Source: an uncultured Gammaproteobacteria bacterium (GTDB lineage: Bacteria > Patescibacteriota > Patescibacteriia > Patescibacteriales > GWC2-42-12). Taken from it: a stretch of DNA of 64,000 nt. How positions within the stretch are numbered: the stretch's first letter is position 1; each line of letters opens with the position of its first letter. The notes beneath the pieces were generated by a model, which saw only the letters and a list, made by a program, of their open reading frames with translations, was not told the DNA's origin and made no database searches. The position numbers and the translations under genes were made by a program. Below are positions 35,760 through 44,232 of this stretch, in pieces. The stretch lies in contig CAZLKB010000001.1 in NCBI GenBank assembly GCA_964560005.1, positions 157,216-221,215 of the forward strand, written 5' to 3'.

Positions 35760-35833
35760 GGGGTGGTAGCTCAATTGGTTAGAGCGCTGCCCTGTCACGG
35801 CAGAGGTCGCGGGTTCGAGTCCCGTCCATCCCG
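35760..35833 (+). tRNA. tRNA-Asp (anticodon GTC)
   Basis: ggggtggtagctcaattggttagagcgctgccctGTCacggcagaggtcgcgggttcgagtcccgtccatcccg. Confidence 0.85.
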
Positions 35834-35836
35834 CAA

Positions 35837-35872
35837 AAAAGATAAAGCCCCCTTCGGGGCTTTATCTTTTTT
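35837..35872. terminator. Terminator hairpin after tRNA-Asp
   Basis: aaaagataaagcccc-ttcg-ggggctttatctttttt. Confidence 0.75.
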
Positions 35873-35883
35873 ATGAGATAGAA

Positions 35884-35986
35884 GACGGGACGAGAACGCC
35901 GGACCCCGCATTTGCGGGGGAGGCGGTGGCTAGGCCGAGGAGGCGGCAGCCGACGAGAGCCGAAGCCGAGTCCCGTCCATCCCGCA
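35884..35986 (+). pseudogene. Duplicated tRNA-Asp 3' end with ~70-nt GC-rich insert (att-like)
   Basis: cgagtcccgtccatcccgca at 35967-35986 is a 20/20 direct repeat of 35816-35835; preceded by gacgggacgaga and GC-rich hairpins (ccccgcatttgcgggg). Confidence 0.6.
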
Positions 35987-36131
35987 TTTTTTGGAAAACA
36001 GAGCTAGAGCTCTGTTTTTTTGATAGTTAATTGAAAAGGGCAGGAACGCTTTACAGATATTACTTAATATGATATTGTTTCAAGACGGTAAATATGTAAC
36101 ACTATACTTCAATACACCGCCCCATTAATTT

Positions 36132-36317
36132 ATGAGAATGCCAGATGACCCAAGACCAGACACAGTACCAGGTAACAGACAATATGCAGCGCTCGCTGCT
36201 GCTGCATTGCTTGGCGACGAGGCCGCTGCTAGAGTGCTCCTTGAAATTGACAAGAGAGGACAGGCGGATGTCGAGAAACCGCCACAAAGAAAAGAAGACG
36301 GGGTTGCAAACTCGTAA
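36132..36317 (+). CDS. Hypothetical small Ala/Pro-rich protein (frame choice uncertain)
   Basis: GC-rich patch with four overlapping ORFs; this one ends 10 nt before the + strand terminator 36328-36367. Confidence 0.3.
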   Translation: MRMPDDPRPDTVPGNRQYAALAAAALLGDEAAARVLLEIDKRGQADVEKPPQRKEDGVANS

Positions 36318-36327
36318 CCCACCATCA

Positions 36328-36367
36328 AGAGACCGACTGCTATGGATTATCGGTCTCTCTTTTTTTA
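36328..36367 (+). terminator. Rho-independent terminator
   Basis: agagaccg-actgctatggattat-cggtctct then cttttttt. Confidence 0.75.
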
Positions 36368-36402
36368 TTTAATTATATATGGTATATAATAATATCCCTT
36401 TA

Positions 36403-36444
36403 ATTCCCTGAAAAAGGTTATAATCTGGTCCACTTGCTCCCGCA
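36403..36444 (+). repeat. Degenerate tRNA-Asp 3'-end-like direct repeat, copy 2
   Basis: tccctgaaaaaggttataatctggtccacttgctcccgca; compare the tRNA ggttcgagtcccgtccatcccgca. Confidence 0.55.
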
Positions 36445-36570
36445 AACGGAACGAGGTCATAAAACGGCTTCGTTTTTATTTTAGGTTAGGCAATTAATTT
36501 GGTTGTAGTGGTTGTGGTTTGGGCGTGGAAGTGGTAAAATAGAGGCATAATTTTTAAGTAATAAAAATAT

Positions 36571-37380
36571 ATGCATAAGAGAAAATATTTGATAATTTTA
36601 GTTGTTATTTTTTTCATAATTATTGGAAGTTATATTTGTGTCCAATATATTTTAAATAGTATACCGCGAAACGACAGTCAAGCACCGAGAACATTCGCCT
36701 GGTTTTATAAAAATTCTGATGTTATTAGCTATGTGGAGATATTAGCAGTAGATGTAAATGTTGTTCCGTCTGACAAATTGGCTCCTCCTGGCAGCTGGGT
36801 TCTTCACCCCAAACAAGCCGTCAAAGTAAAATTGCTAAAAGTTTTAAAAGGGTCAAAACAAAACGGAGAGACATTAGAAGTCTTGAAACCAAGTTCATAT
36901 TTTTATTTTACGCCAGGACAAAAACTGGTAGTTTATCTGAAGAGACACGGAAAGAGTTATCAAGCCTTAGTTGATAGTGGCGAATGGAGGTTGGCATTTG
37001 TTATGGCAGAACTTAATATCTTAAAAGGAAAAGCTAATGGAGGAATTGTAGCGTCAGCCATTGAAGATGGGAGCGATGTTCCTCGGACTATCTATGTTCT
37101 AAGTGGCAGACAAAAAGCCCCGATGATTTTTAATAGCCAACAATGGAATGATGCTTTTATAACCCAAGGTCAAATCGACCAAAGTAATGTGGCAGAGATT
37201 CCTCTTGACCCGGGTTCTTATACAATTTTATTAGGTAAAACGGTAGAAATCCCTCTCGACTCCGATTTACTCGGGCAAGCTGTTGCCCTATATCCGTTTA
37301 ACAGGCTTGTTGATGAATATTATCCTTATATCACTTTAGATAAATATCGTCCGTGGCGACCGATTGTCTTCAGCCAATAA
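36571..37380 (+). CDS. Hypothetical N-terminally membrane-anchored protein (cassette between direct repeats)
   Basis: 269 aa; TM LIILVVIFFIIIGSYICV; no recognisable motif. Confidence 0.45.
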   Translation: MHKRKYLIILVVIFFIIIGSYICVQYILNSIPRNDSQAPRTFAWFYKNSDVISYVEILAVDVNVVPSDKLAPPGSWVLHPKQAVKVKLLKVLKGSKQNGETLEVLKPSSYFYFTPGQKLVVYLKRHGKSYQALVDSGEWRLAFVMAELNILKGKANGGIVASAIEDGSDVPRTIYVLSGRQKAPMIFNSQQWNDAFITQGQIDQSNVAEIPLDPGSYTILLGKTVEIPLDSDLLGQAVALYPFNRLVDEYYPYITLDKYRPWRPIVFSQ

Positions 37381-37445
37381 TTTATTAGATATTAACATTT
37401 AAATTTTAGACTTAAATAAGATTTTAGGAATATAATAATCAGTAT

Positions 37446-37487
37446 TTTCCTTAAAAAAGGTGATAATCCCGTCCACTTGCTCCCGCA
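37446..37487 (+). repeat. Degenerate tRNA-Asp 3'-end-like direct repeat, copy 3
   Basis: ttccttaaaaaaggtgataatcccgtccacttgctcccgca; 1043 nt downstream of copy 2. Confidence 0.55.
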
Positions 37488-37504
37488 TTAAATATTTCAT
37501 TATT

Positions 37505-37544
37505 AAAACAAAACACCTCGCCGGATGGCGAGGTGTTTTGTTTT
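37505..37544. terminator. Bidirectional terminator (18-bp stem)
   Basis: aaaacaaaacacctcgcc-ggat-ggcgaggtgttttgtttt between convergent genes. Confidence 0.8.
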
Positions 37545-37570
37545 TGCTTTTTCTCTGATTCCTTTGCCTT

Positions 37571-38893
37571 TTAATAGGATCCTGAAACGATCACAATCGT
37601 ATCTGCCGCTACTGTATTTTGATTATTATTCGCTATTCCGCGAATTCGTACAACGTTGCCGACCATAAGATCGCTCCAGTTGCCAAGTCTGCCGTTTATA
37701 TAAATGGTTGTTGAATTATTGGTATTGACGGTCCAGGTTTTATCAGAATTGTCGGTTTTTAACAGCGTGATTCTTAAGGTTTTGGCCGTATTGTCAATGG
37801 ATGTAACCGAACCTAAACGATGCGCCACGCCCAGACGCTGGATGGATTCATCCTTTATCACTCTGGCTACCAGGTGACCGGTGGTTTCATCCCGTCGGCC
37901 GATGATGCGGATGGAATCACCCTCGCTTAGTTCGTTTAAAAGCGCTTTGCCGTAGTATCTTCGTACCAGCATGGTGTCGGCAGAGATATCAATCATTATT
38001 TTCGTTCCCGGAGCGCCAATCAGGTTATTGACATCGTTTTTTTCGTAAAATTTTGAATCATTTACCGAGGCTTCGATTGTAATTGGCACGGCCAGGTTTT
38101 GCGGTACCAAAGTTATAGTCGCGGGCACTACCCATCTCGTGACGCGCATAAACAGGGTTTCGCCGCGGCGCAGGACGACCAGAATGCTGGTGTTCCAGGT
38201 AAGCTTGCTGCCGTCGTTATCATCGGTAACTCGCGCGCGAACGCGATCATTAATTTGCAAATCATTGATGCTCGCCGGATTCTTGAGACCGGCGACCATA
38301 TTCGCGTTGTCTAAGTTTAGCGTATAGATAACATTATTACTCCAGAGTACGTCAATTTTATTGGCGTCAGTATTTATGGCCCTAATCCAGCCGTTGATTC
38401 CCGTATGTCCGGGCTTAAAAGAGGTATTTACGAGCCGAGTCGCCAGCAACGTATCGCTATTTATAAAGTGCCGCGCCGTGAAGGCGATAGAGTCTCCGGC
38501 GATCCAATCGCTCAGATTTGCCTGCGCGCCGCCGTTGGTGGCCAGCCTGGTATTATTATCAATTTCAAAGGTGCGATCTTCGGAAACTCCGCTCAAGGTG
38601 GTCGTTCGAATAATAATCGTCGTATTCTTTGCTGTCGTATTGCCGATTTCAATCAAGGCGCCGCTGCCGGACACGGTTTCAGTGGCTTCAGAGGTTGCTT
38701 CATTTACAGTGTTTTCTTTCGCCCCCAGCATCTCCGCCCTAACATCAATATTTACATCGGTGCTGATATGCTCGCCGATCCTCAAATGTTCATAGAAATC
38801 CAAACCCAAGGCTCGGGTCGTCATCGGCGGATAAGCGATCGCCAGCAGGCCGAATAGAAGGAGCGCGGTTTTCATTTTTTTTAATTTTTTCAT
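37571..38893 (-). CDS. Secreted repeat protein (four or more beta-rich repeats ending G(D/N)x(I/V)R(I/A)xG)
   Basis: Signal peptide MKKLKKMKTALLLFGLLAIA; repeats around IAGDSIAF, INDRVRARV, EGDSIRIIG, VGNVVRIRG; GC-richer than the surroundings. Confidence 0.5.
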   Translation of the reverse strand: MKKLKKMKTALLLFGLLAIAYPPMTTRALGLDFYEHLRIGEHISTDVNIDVRAEMLGAKENTVNEATSEATETVSGSGALIEIGNTTAKNTTIIIRTTTLSGVSEDRTFEIDNNTRLATNGGAQANLSDWIAGDSIAFTARHFINSDTLLATRLVNTSFKPGHTGINGWIRAINTDANKIDVLWSNNVIYTLNLDNANMVAGLKNPASINDLQINDRVRARVTDDNDGSKLTWNTSILVVLRRGETLFMRVTRWVVPATITLVPQNLAVPITIEASVNDSKFYEKNDVNNLIGAPGTKIMIDISADTMLVRRYYGKALLNELSEGDSIRIIGRRDETTGHLVARVIKDESIQRLGVAHRLGSVTSIDNTAKTLRITLLKTDNSDKTWTVNTNNSTTIYINGRLGNWSDLMVGNVVRIRGIANNNQNTVAADTIVIVSGSY

Positions 38894-39137
38894 ATGCGTT
38901 TTAGTTAACTACGGATAGTAGTCTGGTTATATTAAGATCTTATATTAAGGTGGTTGTAAAACTATTCCTGGCGATAATTCGCTATTTTAGACCAAAACAT
39001 CGTTTGACTGGCGCTAAATGATTTTTTTCGTAATTATTTACTGTTAAAATCATTTAGTTTGTCTTTTTTGCTTGGTCAATAAATATCTAATTTAGCCATG
39101 AAATAGTTTTATAACCACCTCATGATTTTTAAATTTC

Positions 39138-39386
39138 TTAACGCCGCAGAATTCCGACAATCCAGACAAGAATCACGGCTCCGAGTAGCGCCACCAGAAA
39201 GCTGTAAAAATTAAAACCGCTGACGCCGCCCCGGCCAAATAAGTTCATAATCCAGCCGCCTAATAACGCGCCGACAATCCCGACGATAATGTTCAGTATA
39301 ATGCCCTGCTGAGCGTCGGTCTTCATAATTAGAGACGCGACCCAGCCCACTAAACCTCCGAAGATGATCCAGATAATAATGTCCAT
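39138..39386 (-). CDS. GlsB/YeaQ/YmgE-family (transglycosylase-associated) stress membrane protein
   Basis: 82 aa; IIWIIFGGLVGWVASLIM......GIILNIIVGIVGALLGGWI. Confidence 0.8.
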   Translation of the reverse strand: MDIIIWIIFGGLVGWVASLIMKTDAQQGIILNIIVGIVGALLGGWIMNLFGRGGVSGFNFYSFLVALLGAVILVWIVGILRR

Positions 39387-39455
39387 ATAGTTTTATTAAA
39401 TTAATTATTTCCTCTGTTAAATTCGCCCTAGGCGAATTTATTTAATAGGGTTTAC

Positions 39456-39893
39456 TTAATTTTGGCTATCCAGCTTAGTATGCGCCTCCTGATCCGAGAC
39501 AGGTTTGCTCATAACCAGTAGTTTAACCGCCCCCCAGGCGATAAGCGCGTAGATAATCATGGCCAAGAGGATGGACCAGTCAAAAATGCTTCTGCCGACT
39601 TGCGAAGGATTCACCACATTTACGAACGACCCGGCCAGAGGGGAAGATATAACATAAATAAATTGGGTGAAGCCGGCCGACATATTAGCGCCGATGAATT
39701 TTAGAACAAAGCGCAGAGCCAAGAGTATTTCAATCACTCCCAATATGTACCAAACGATTTGCGAGCTTCTGAAGCGAAGCCTAATCGGACTGACGACTGA
39801 CTGCGCGTTTATGGGTTTTGCGCCTATAGTGGGTTCGCCGTTCCGCTCATTCGGCATTACCGAATTAGGCTGTTCTCTAGTTATTGTTTCCAT
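39456..39893 (-). CDS. YggT-like membrane protein
   Basis: IVWYILGVIEILLALRFVLKFIGAN...F.QFIY.IS.PL pattern; moderate resemblance only. Confidence 0.45.
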   Translation of the reverse strand: METITREQPNSVMPNERNGEPTIGAKPINAQSVVSPIRLRFRSSQIVWYILGVIEILLALRFVLKFIGANMSAGFTQFIYVISSPLAGSFVNVVNPSQVGRSIFDWSILLAMIIYALIAWGAVKLLVMSKPVSDQEAHTKLDSQN

Positions 39894-39904
39894 AGTAATG
39901 TTAG

Positions 39905-40522
39905 TTATATTTTTTTAATATTTTTTTCAGTTGAAGATTTTTTCAATTCGTTTATTTCATTCTCTAATTTTCCAATACGAACTTCCTGGCTATGCAGCCG
40001 TTCCGCCGCCCTGGCCGTAGGCTGATTGGCGCGGCTGGCCAGCGTTTCGGCGACAAGCATTATTTCCGTGACATCTTCCATGGCCAAAAGGATAATGGGC
40101 GGGAACAATTCCGCAGTAGTGTCTTCTTTAAAATGAATCTGGCGGGCATTTAAGATCATTATTTTGCGTCCGACAAAAGGAAACTCGTGAGCCACTTCAA
40201 ACCCTTTGAAAAAGGTATTTTTGGGCAAAATATCTTCCAGTAATTTCCGTAAGGCGGGAATATTCCATTGGCCGTTGCCGAGTTCATAAACGACCTTGCC
40301 TTCGGTGTCATTCGGTTCTACTTGGAATGTCTGATAGAAAGGCTTATTGGCCGCCATTATGCGAAGATCCTTATCTAGGACCAAGACCGGTTCTCGGATG
40401 ATATCTACCACGGTCTTAATATAGGTCCAGCTTTTTTCCCATAAATGCTCAACGAAATCTTTTCCTAAAGGCTTAGCGGTTCGTGGCAGGCTTTTATTAC
40501 TATCCTTATTATTTATTTTCAT
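39905..40522 (-). CDS. Stand-alone PAS-domain protein with C-terminal coiled coil
   Basis: EPVLVLDKDLRIMAANKPFYQTFQVEPNDTEGKVVYELGNGQWNIPALRKLLEDIL...ILNARQI resembles the PAS domains of CheR/CheB fusion proteins. Confidence 0.6.
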   Translation of the reverse strand: MKINNKDSNKSLPRTAKPLGKDFVEHLWEKSWTYIKTVVDIIREPVLVLDKDLRIMAANKPFYQTFQVEPNDTEGKVVYELGNGQWNIPALRKLLEDILPKNTFFKGFEVAHEFPFVGRKIMILNARQIHFKEDTTAELFPPIILLAMEDVTEIMLVAETLASRANQPTARAAERLHSQEVRIGKLENEINELKKSSTEKNIKKI

Positions 40523-40630
40523 ATTTATTGTTTTAACGGCATAAATGATTTAGGCATAAAATTTAGGCGTTATCTTTTCTCATCGGCGATATTAATATTA
40601 TCTCGTTATTATTAAGATCCGGTTAAGAAG

Positions 40631-40870
40631 CTATGGCGCAAGCTTATAAGACGCCCGGTTAAACGACCGCAAAGCCGTGCCATCGTTGGTAAAATCAGTC
40701 TTGTTTTTAGAGAGGCTGGTGTCAGTTTGAAATTCCGTCAATCCGCTCTGATTCGCGATTATGGTGTTCGTTTCGTTAACCGGTGCGGCCCGGTCTTTAA
40801 TTATAAAAAATATTCCACCGACTATGATTGCTAGGGCAACTAGGCTGATGATGATATTTTTGTTTATCAT
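40631..40870 (-). CDS. Hypothetical small membrane-anchored protein
   Basis: 79 aa, single N-terminal TM IIISLVALAIIVGGIFFII. Confidence 0.35.
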   Translation of the reverse strand: MINKNIIISLVALAIIVGGIFFIIKDRAAPVNETNTIIANQSGLTEFQTDTSLSKNKTDFTNDGTALRSFNRASYKLAP

Positions 40871-41542
40871 ACGATTTGACTTTATATAAACAAAGCCGTT
40901 GGGAAAGGCGAATTATTACATGCCAACGCGCTTGCCCGTCCGGCCTCTAGGCAGAGTCGAGCAAAAAATAATTAAAGCCAAATAGTGAGTTATAACACAA
41001 ACCCGTCCGGCTTTATGCGGGACGAGCTTTGTGTTATAGCTAGAAGCAGTTCATTTCTAAGAGCGATTAAGCATCCCCATGCTTGTTGATATTTATCAAT
41101 TATTAACTATTAACTTAAAGATGAAAGCTGTAAAATCCGGTTATCCGTTTCAGCTTTCTTTTTAATTTTATAATTTTGATTTTGAAAAAAAATATTCTGG
41201 TTTTTAAGCACATATTTTCAAGGTTAAAAAACGCTCTTAATGAAAAATTAATATACCTTCTATATGCTTGCCAAGCCAGTCTTTCAGCCATTTCTTGTTA
41301 GCCTAATAAATATTAAGCCGTTTAAGAGACCGAATTATTACACATTGCTATTTAAATGATAGGGGTGTATACTTATGGCTCAAGCGCTTTCTCAACGGCA
41401 GAATAGATTTGTAGCGCCGGTGTAATTAAATCAAGCTGATATGGGCGTTATTTTTGTGCTAAATATAGCGATAATAACCTTGCTATTATATTTAAAATGT
41501 AATATCAGTGTAATATAACACCGCTCCGCACGGCTTCTATTT

Positions 41543-42067
41543 ATGGCCCATATTTTACTCCCGAAACAAATTACGTCTCTACAAGAAACTTTGGCCGCGG
41601 CGCATCACGACTACGAGAAAGGTCTTAACGCACGCTCATTTTTCAAGGTACCCGACCGTGCTATCAGTGAAGACTTGGTACAAGAAACTTTTATGAAAAC
41701 CTGGCGCTACCTCGTTAGAGGCGGCAAAATTGACATAATGAAGGCCTTTCTCTATCACATTTTGAATAACTTGATCGTTGATGAATATCGCAAGCGCAAA
41801 ACCGTCTCGCTGGATATTCTTAGCGAAAAAGGCTTTATACCGAGCCACGATCATTCCGTGCGCTTGATAAATGTTTTGGACGGGAAGGCGGCATTACTCT
41901 TGATTCAAGACCTGCCCGAAAAATATAAAAAGGTGATGTGCATGCGGTATGTGCAAAATTTGTCGCTCAAAGAAATGTCTCTTATAACCGGACAGTCAAA
42001 AAACGCCATCGCCGTGCAGGCCCATAGAGGACTCGTAAAGCTTAAATTATTGTATCATCAAGCATAA
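41543..42067 (+). CDS. ECF-type sigma-70 family RNA polymerase sigma factor
   Basis: Region 2 DLVQETFMKTWRYL...LYHILNNLIVDEYRKRK; region 4 LPEKYKKVMCMRYVQNLSLKEMSLITGQSKNAIAVQAHRGLVKLK. Confidence 0.8.
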   Translation: MAHILLPKQITSLQETLAAAHHDYEKGLNARSFFKVPDRAISEDLVQETFMKTWRYLVRGGKIDIMKAFLYHILNNLIVDEYRKRKTVSLDILSEKGFIPSHDHSVRLINVLDGKAALLLIQDLPEKYKKVMCMRYVQNLSLKEMSLITGQSKNAIAVQAHRGLVKLKLLYHQA

Positions 42068-42204
42068 ATGAAAATCGCCGGCCTGTGCCCGCGGTTTTTT
42101 TTAAATAAAAAAAGCCGCGTTCTTATTGACGCGGCTGTGTTTTTATTTGTTATCAGCTCGGGGTTGATTAGTATTGGGGAACGAAGACGACCCTTCTTAT
42201 GCCA

Positions 42205-43755
42205 TCAATGTCGGAAATGCCGGAAGCCGGTAAAGACCATGGCCATGTCACGGTTATTAGCGGCGGCAATAACTTCGTCATCGCGCACCGAACCGCCGGG
42301 TTGAATGGCCGCGGTGGCGCCGGCCTCGGCGGCGGCAATCAGGCCGTCAGGGAAGGGGAAGAAGGCGTCGCTCGCTACCACACTGCCTTTAAGCGACAGC
42401 CCGGCTTTGCCCGCTTTCCAGACCGCGATTTCACTGGAGTCAACGCGGCTCATCTGGCCGGCACCGATGCCCAGCGTGCGGTCTTCGCCCGCGTATACGA
42501 TAGCGTTAGACTTTACATGCTTCACCACCCGCCAGCCAAAAAGCATGGCCCTAAGTTCCGCCGATGTCGGACGGCGCACGGTCGCATATTTTACATTTTC
42601 AGAGGTGGTGAAGTGTAGGTCATTCTCCTGGAGTAGGAAGGAATCCGCGCCTACGCTGCGAAGGTTCCGGGCCAGGGATTCGCGCATGGGCCGGAGCAGT
42701 TCTATCAATCGTAGATGTTTCTTCTTCCGCAGGATTTCTAGAGCGTCCGGCGTAAAACCCGGCGCTACGATAACCTCGGAGAAAATCTCGCTGATCGCCT
42801 CGGCACAGTCGGCGTCGAGCGGTTTGTTGACCGCGATGATGCCCCCGTAAGGCGCTTGCTGGTCGGTGGCGTACGCCTTATCCCAAGCTTCACGCAGAGT
42901 ACCGGCACGGCCGACGCCGCAGGGATTGGTGTGTTTTAAAATTACCAAGGTCGGCCCGTCGTAGGCGAATTCGCCGATGAGCCCAGCCGCGGAGGTGAGA
43001 TCCAGGATGTTGTTGTAGGAAAGTTCTTTGCCATGGAGTTGCTTAAAGAACGAACTAAATCGGCCGTACAGAGCGGCCTTCTGGTGCGGATTCTCTCCAT
43101 AGCGCAGGGGTTGAACTAGCGGAGCTTGGATGAACAGATGATTTGGCAGATCCCTTGATGCGTTACGGAAGGTTCGGCCGAGATATTCGGCGATGGCGCC
43201 GTCGTAGGCGGCGGTGCGCTCAAATACTTTCGCGGCCAGCTGGCGGCGCAGTTCCAGGGTGGTTTCACCGGTCGCCTTAATTTGTTCCGCGACCTCGGCG
43301 TAATCGGCCGGATCCACTACCACCGTGACGCTTTCATGGTTTTTGGCCGCGCTTCGAAGCATGGCCGGACCGCCGATGTCAATGTTTTCAATGGCTTTGG
43401 CCAGAGTGGCGTCTGGGTTGGCAATGGTCTGTTCAAAGGGATAGAGGTTGACCACCACCAGATCAATCGGCAGAATGCCGTGTTCCTTGGCGACGGCCTC
43501 ATGTTGGGGATTGCCGCGAATAAAGAGCAGGCCGCCATGCGCTTTGGGGTGGAGTGTTTTGACGCGGCCGCCCAGTATTTCCGGAAAGCCGGTATAAGCG
43601 CTAAGATCCGTGACCGTCAGGCCGGCCTCGCGCAGGGCTTTGGCAGTACCGCCGGTGGAAATGATTTCTATGCCAGCTTCGATTAATGCCTTGGCAAGGG
43701 GTAGTAAGCCGGTTTTATCGGAAACCGAAAGAAGTGCTCGTAATATTCTGTTCAT
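42205..43755 (-). CDS. purH: Bifunctional AICAR transformylase / IMP cyclohydrolase
   Basis: [12 protein letters not shown]...STGGTAKAL...[13 protein letters not shown]...VVVNLYPF; C-terminal FFPFPDG; conspicuously GC-rich. Confidence 0.9.
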   Translation of the reverse strand: MNRILRALLSVSDKTGLLPLAKALIEAGIEIISTGGTAKALREAGLTVTDLSAYTGFPEILGGRVKTLHPKAHGGLLFIRGNPQHEAVAKEHGILPIDLVVVNLYPFEQTIANPDATLAKAIENIDIGGPAMLRSAAKNHESVTVVVDPADYAEVAEQIKATGETTLELRRQLAAKVFERTAAYDGAIAEYLGRTFRNASRDLPNHLFIQAPLVQPLRYGENPHQKAALYGRFSSFFKQLHGKELSYNNILDLTSAAGLIGEFAYDGPTLVILKHTNPCGVGRAGTLREAWDKAYATDQQAPYGGIIAVNKPLDADCAEAISEIFSEVIVAPGFTPDALEILRKKKHLRLIELLRPMRESLARNLRSVGADSFLLQENDLHFTTSENVKYATVRRPTSAELRAMLFGWRVVKHVKSNAIVYAGEDRTLGIGAGQMSRVDSSEIAVWKAGKAGLSLKGSVVASDAFFPFPDGLIAAAEAGATAAIQPGGSVRDDEVIAAANNRDMAMVFTGFRHFRH

Positions 43756-43862
43756 GCTGTATCTCCGTTGTTGATGTTTGTTGATGTTTTATGAGGAATG
43801 ACTTGTTTTAAGGTACATCCTCCCGTGCGGTAAGATTAGAAAAAATCAACCATAAAGTCAAG

Positions 43863-43972
43863 TTAATCTCGTAACTCGCAACTCGTAACTCGCAACTCAT
43901 CTTTTTCGGTGTGCAGATTATCTAATTACGCATTTGAGTTATGAGCTATGGGTTACGAGTTGCGAGATAATT
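43863..43972. repeat. Word-repeat palindrome (AACTCG/TAACTCG units) in the purH/ychF divergent region
   Basis: ttaatctcgtaactcgcaactcgtaactcgcaactcat ... atgagctatgggttacgagttgcgagataatt. Confidence 0.65.
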
Positions 43973-44031
43973 AAATCTCTGCTAAATTCAAGATAGAATA
44001 ATAATATGGATTGCACTAGTTAATGATTATA

Positions 44032-44144
44032 GTTTTGGCTAAATTCATTTATTTTTTCGCTGCGGATCAAATTCATTATGTGCCGGCCGGTCATTCCGTT
44101 CGGCTGAGCTCACGACGAAGCCTCGCTTCAAAAATAAATGAATT
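44032..44144. repeat. Locus-specific foldback with GC-rich interior
   Basis: gttttggctaaattcatttattttt / aaaaataaatgaatttagccaaaac (25-bp arms); the interior contains ccggtcattccg. Confidence 0.7.
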
Positions 44145-44232
44145 TAGCCAAAACTTTACGATTGCAACTCGCATTATTTATAATAATATAACCTCCCCTA
44201 GCCCCTCCTTGTCATGAGGGGAACCATAATTT

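Noticed and set aside
36125-36372. Three additional overlapping ORFs in the GC-rich patch (36102-36287, 36125-36328, 36145-36372)
   Set aside because: They are mutually exclusive. Only 36132-36317 is followed at the right distance by a same-strand terminator, and even that call has low confidence.
38099-38857. Four plus-strand ORFs of 62-150 aa
   Set aside because: They are antisense to the 440-aa signal-peptide-bearing ORF 37571-38893. Their products are Arg/Ser/Pro-rich and look non-protein-like.
42199-43686. Several 130-180-aa ORFs (42199-42618, 42305-42850, 43282-43686, 43317-43538)
   Set aside because: They overlap purH in other frames. They are the usual by-product of stop-codon-poor GC-rich coding DNA.
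43863-43905. Short tandem repeats (aactcgtaactcgcaactcg; also 59581-59625 and 54915-54960) considered as a possible CRISPR or minisatellite
   Set aside because: The repeat units are 6-12 nt with no unique spacers of 25-40 nt. No cas genes are present. They form arms of palindromes instead.
44023-44217. 64-aa ORF upstream of ychF
   Set aside because: It is composed of the two arms and interior of the 44032-44144 foldback. It has no RBS and its sequence does not look protein-like.
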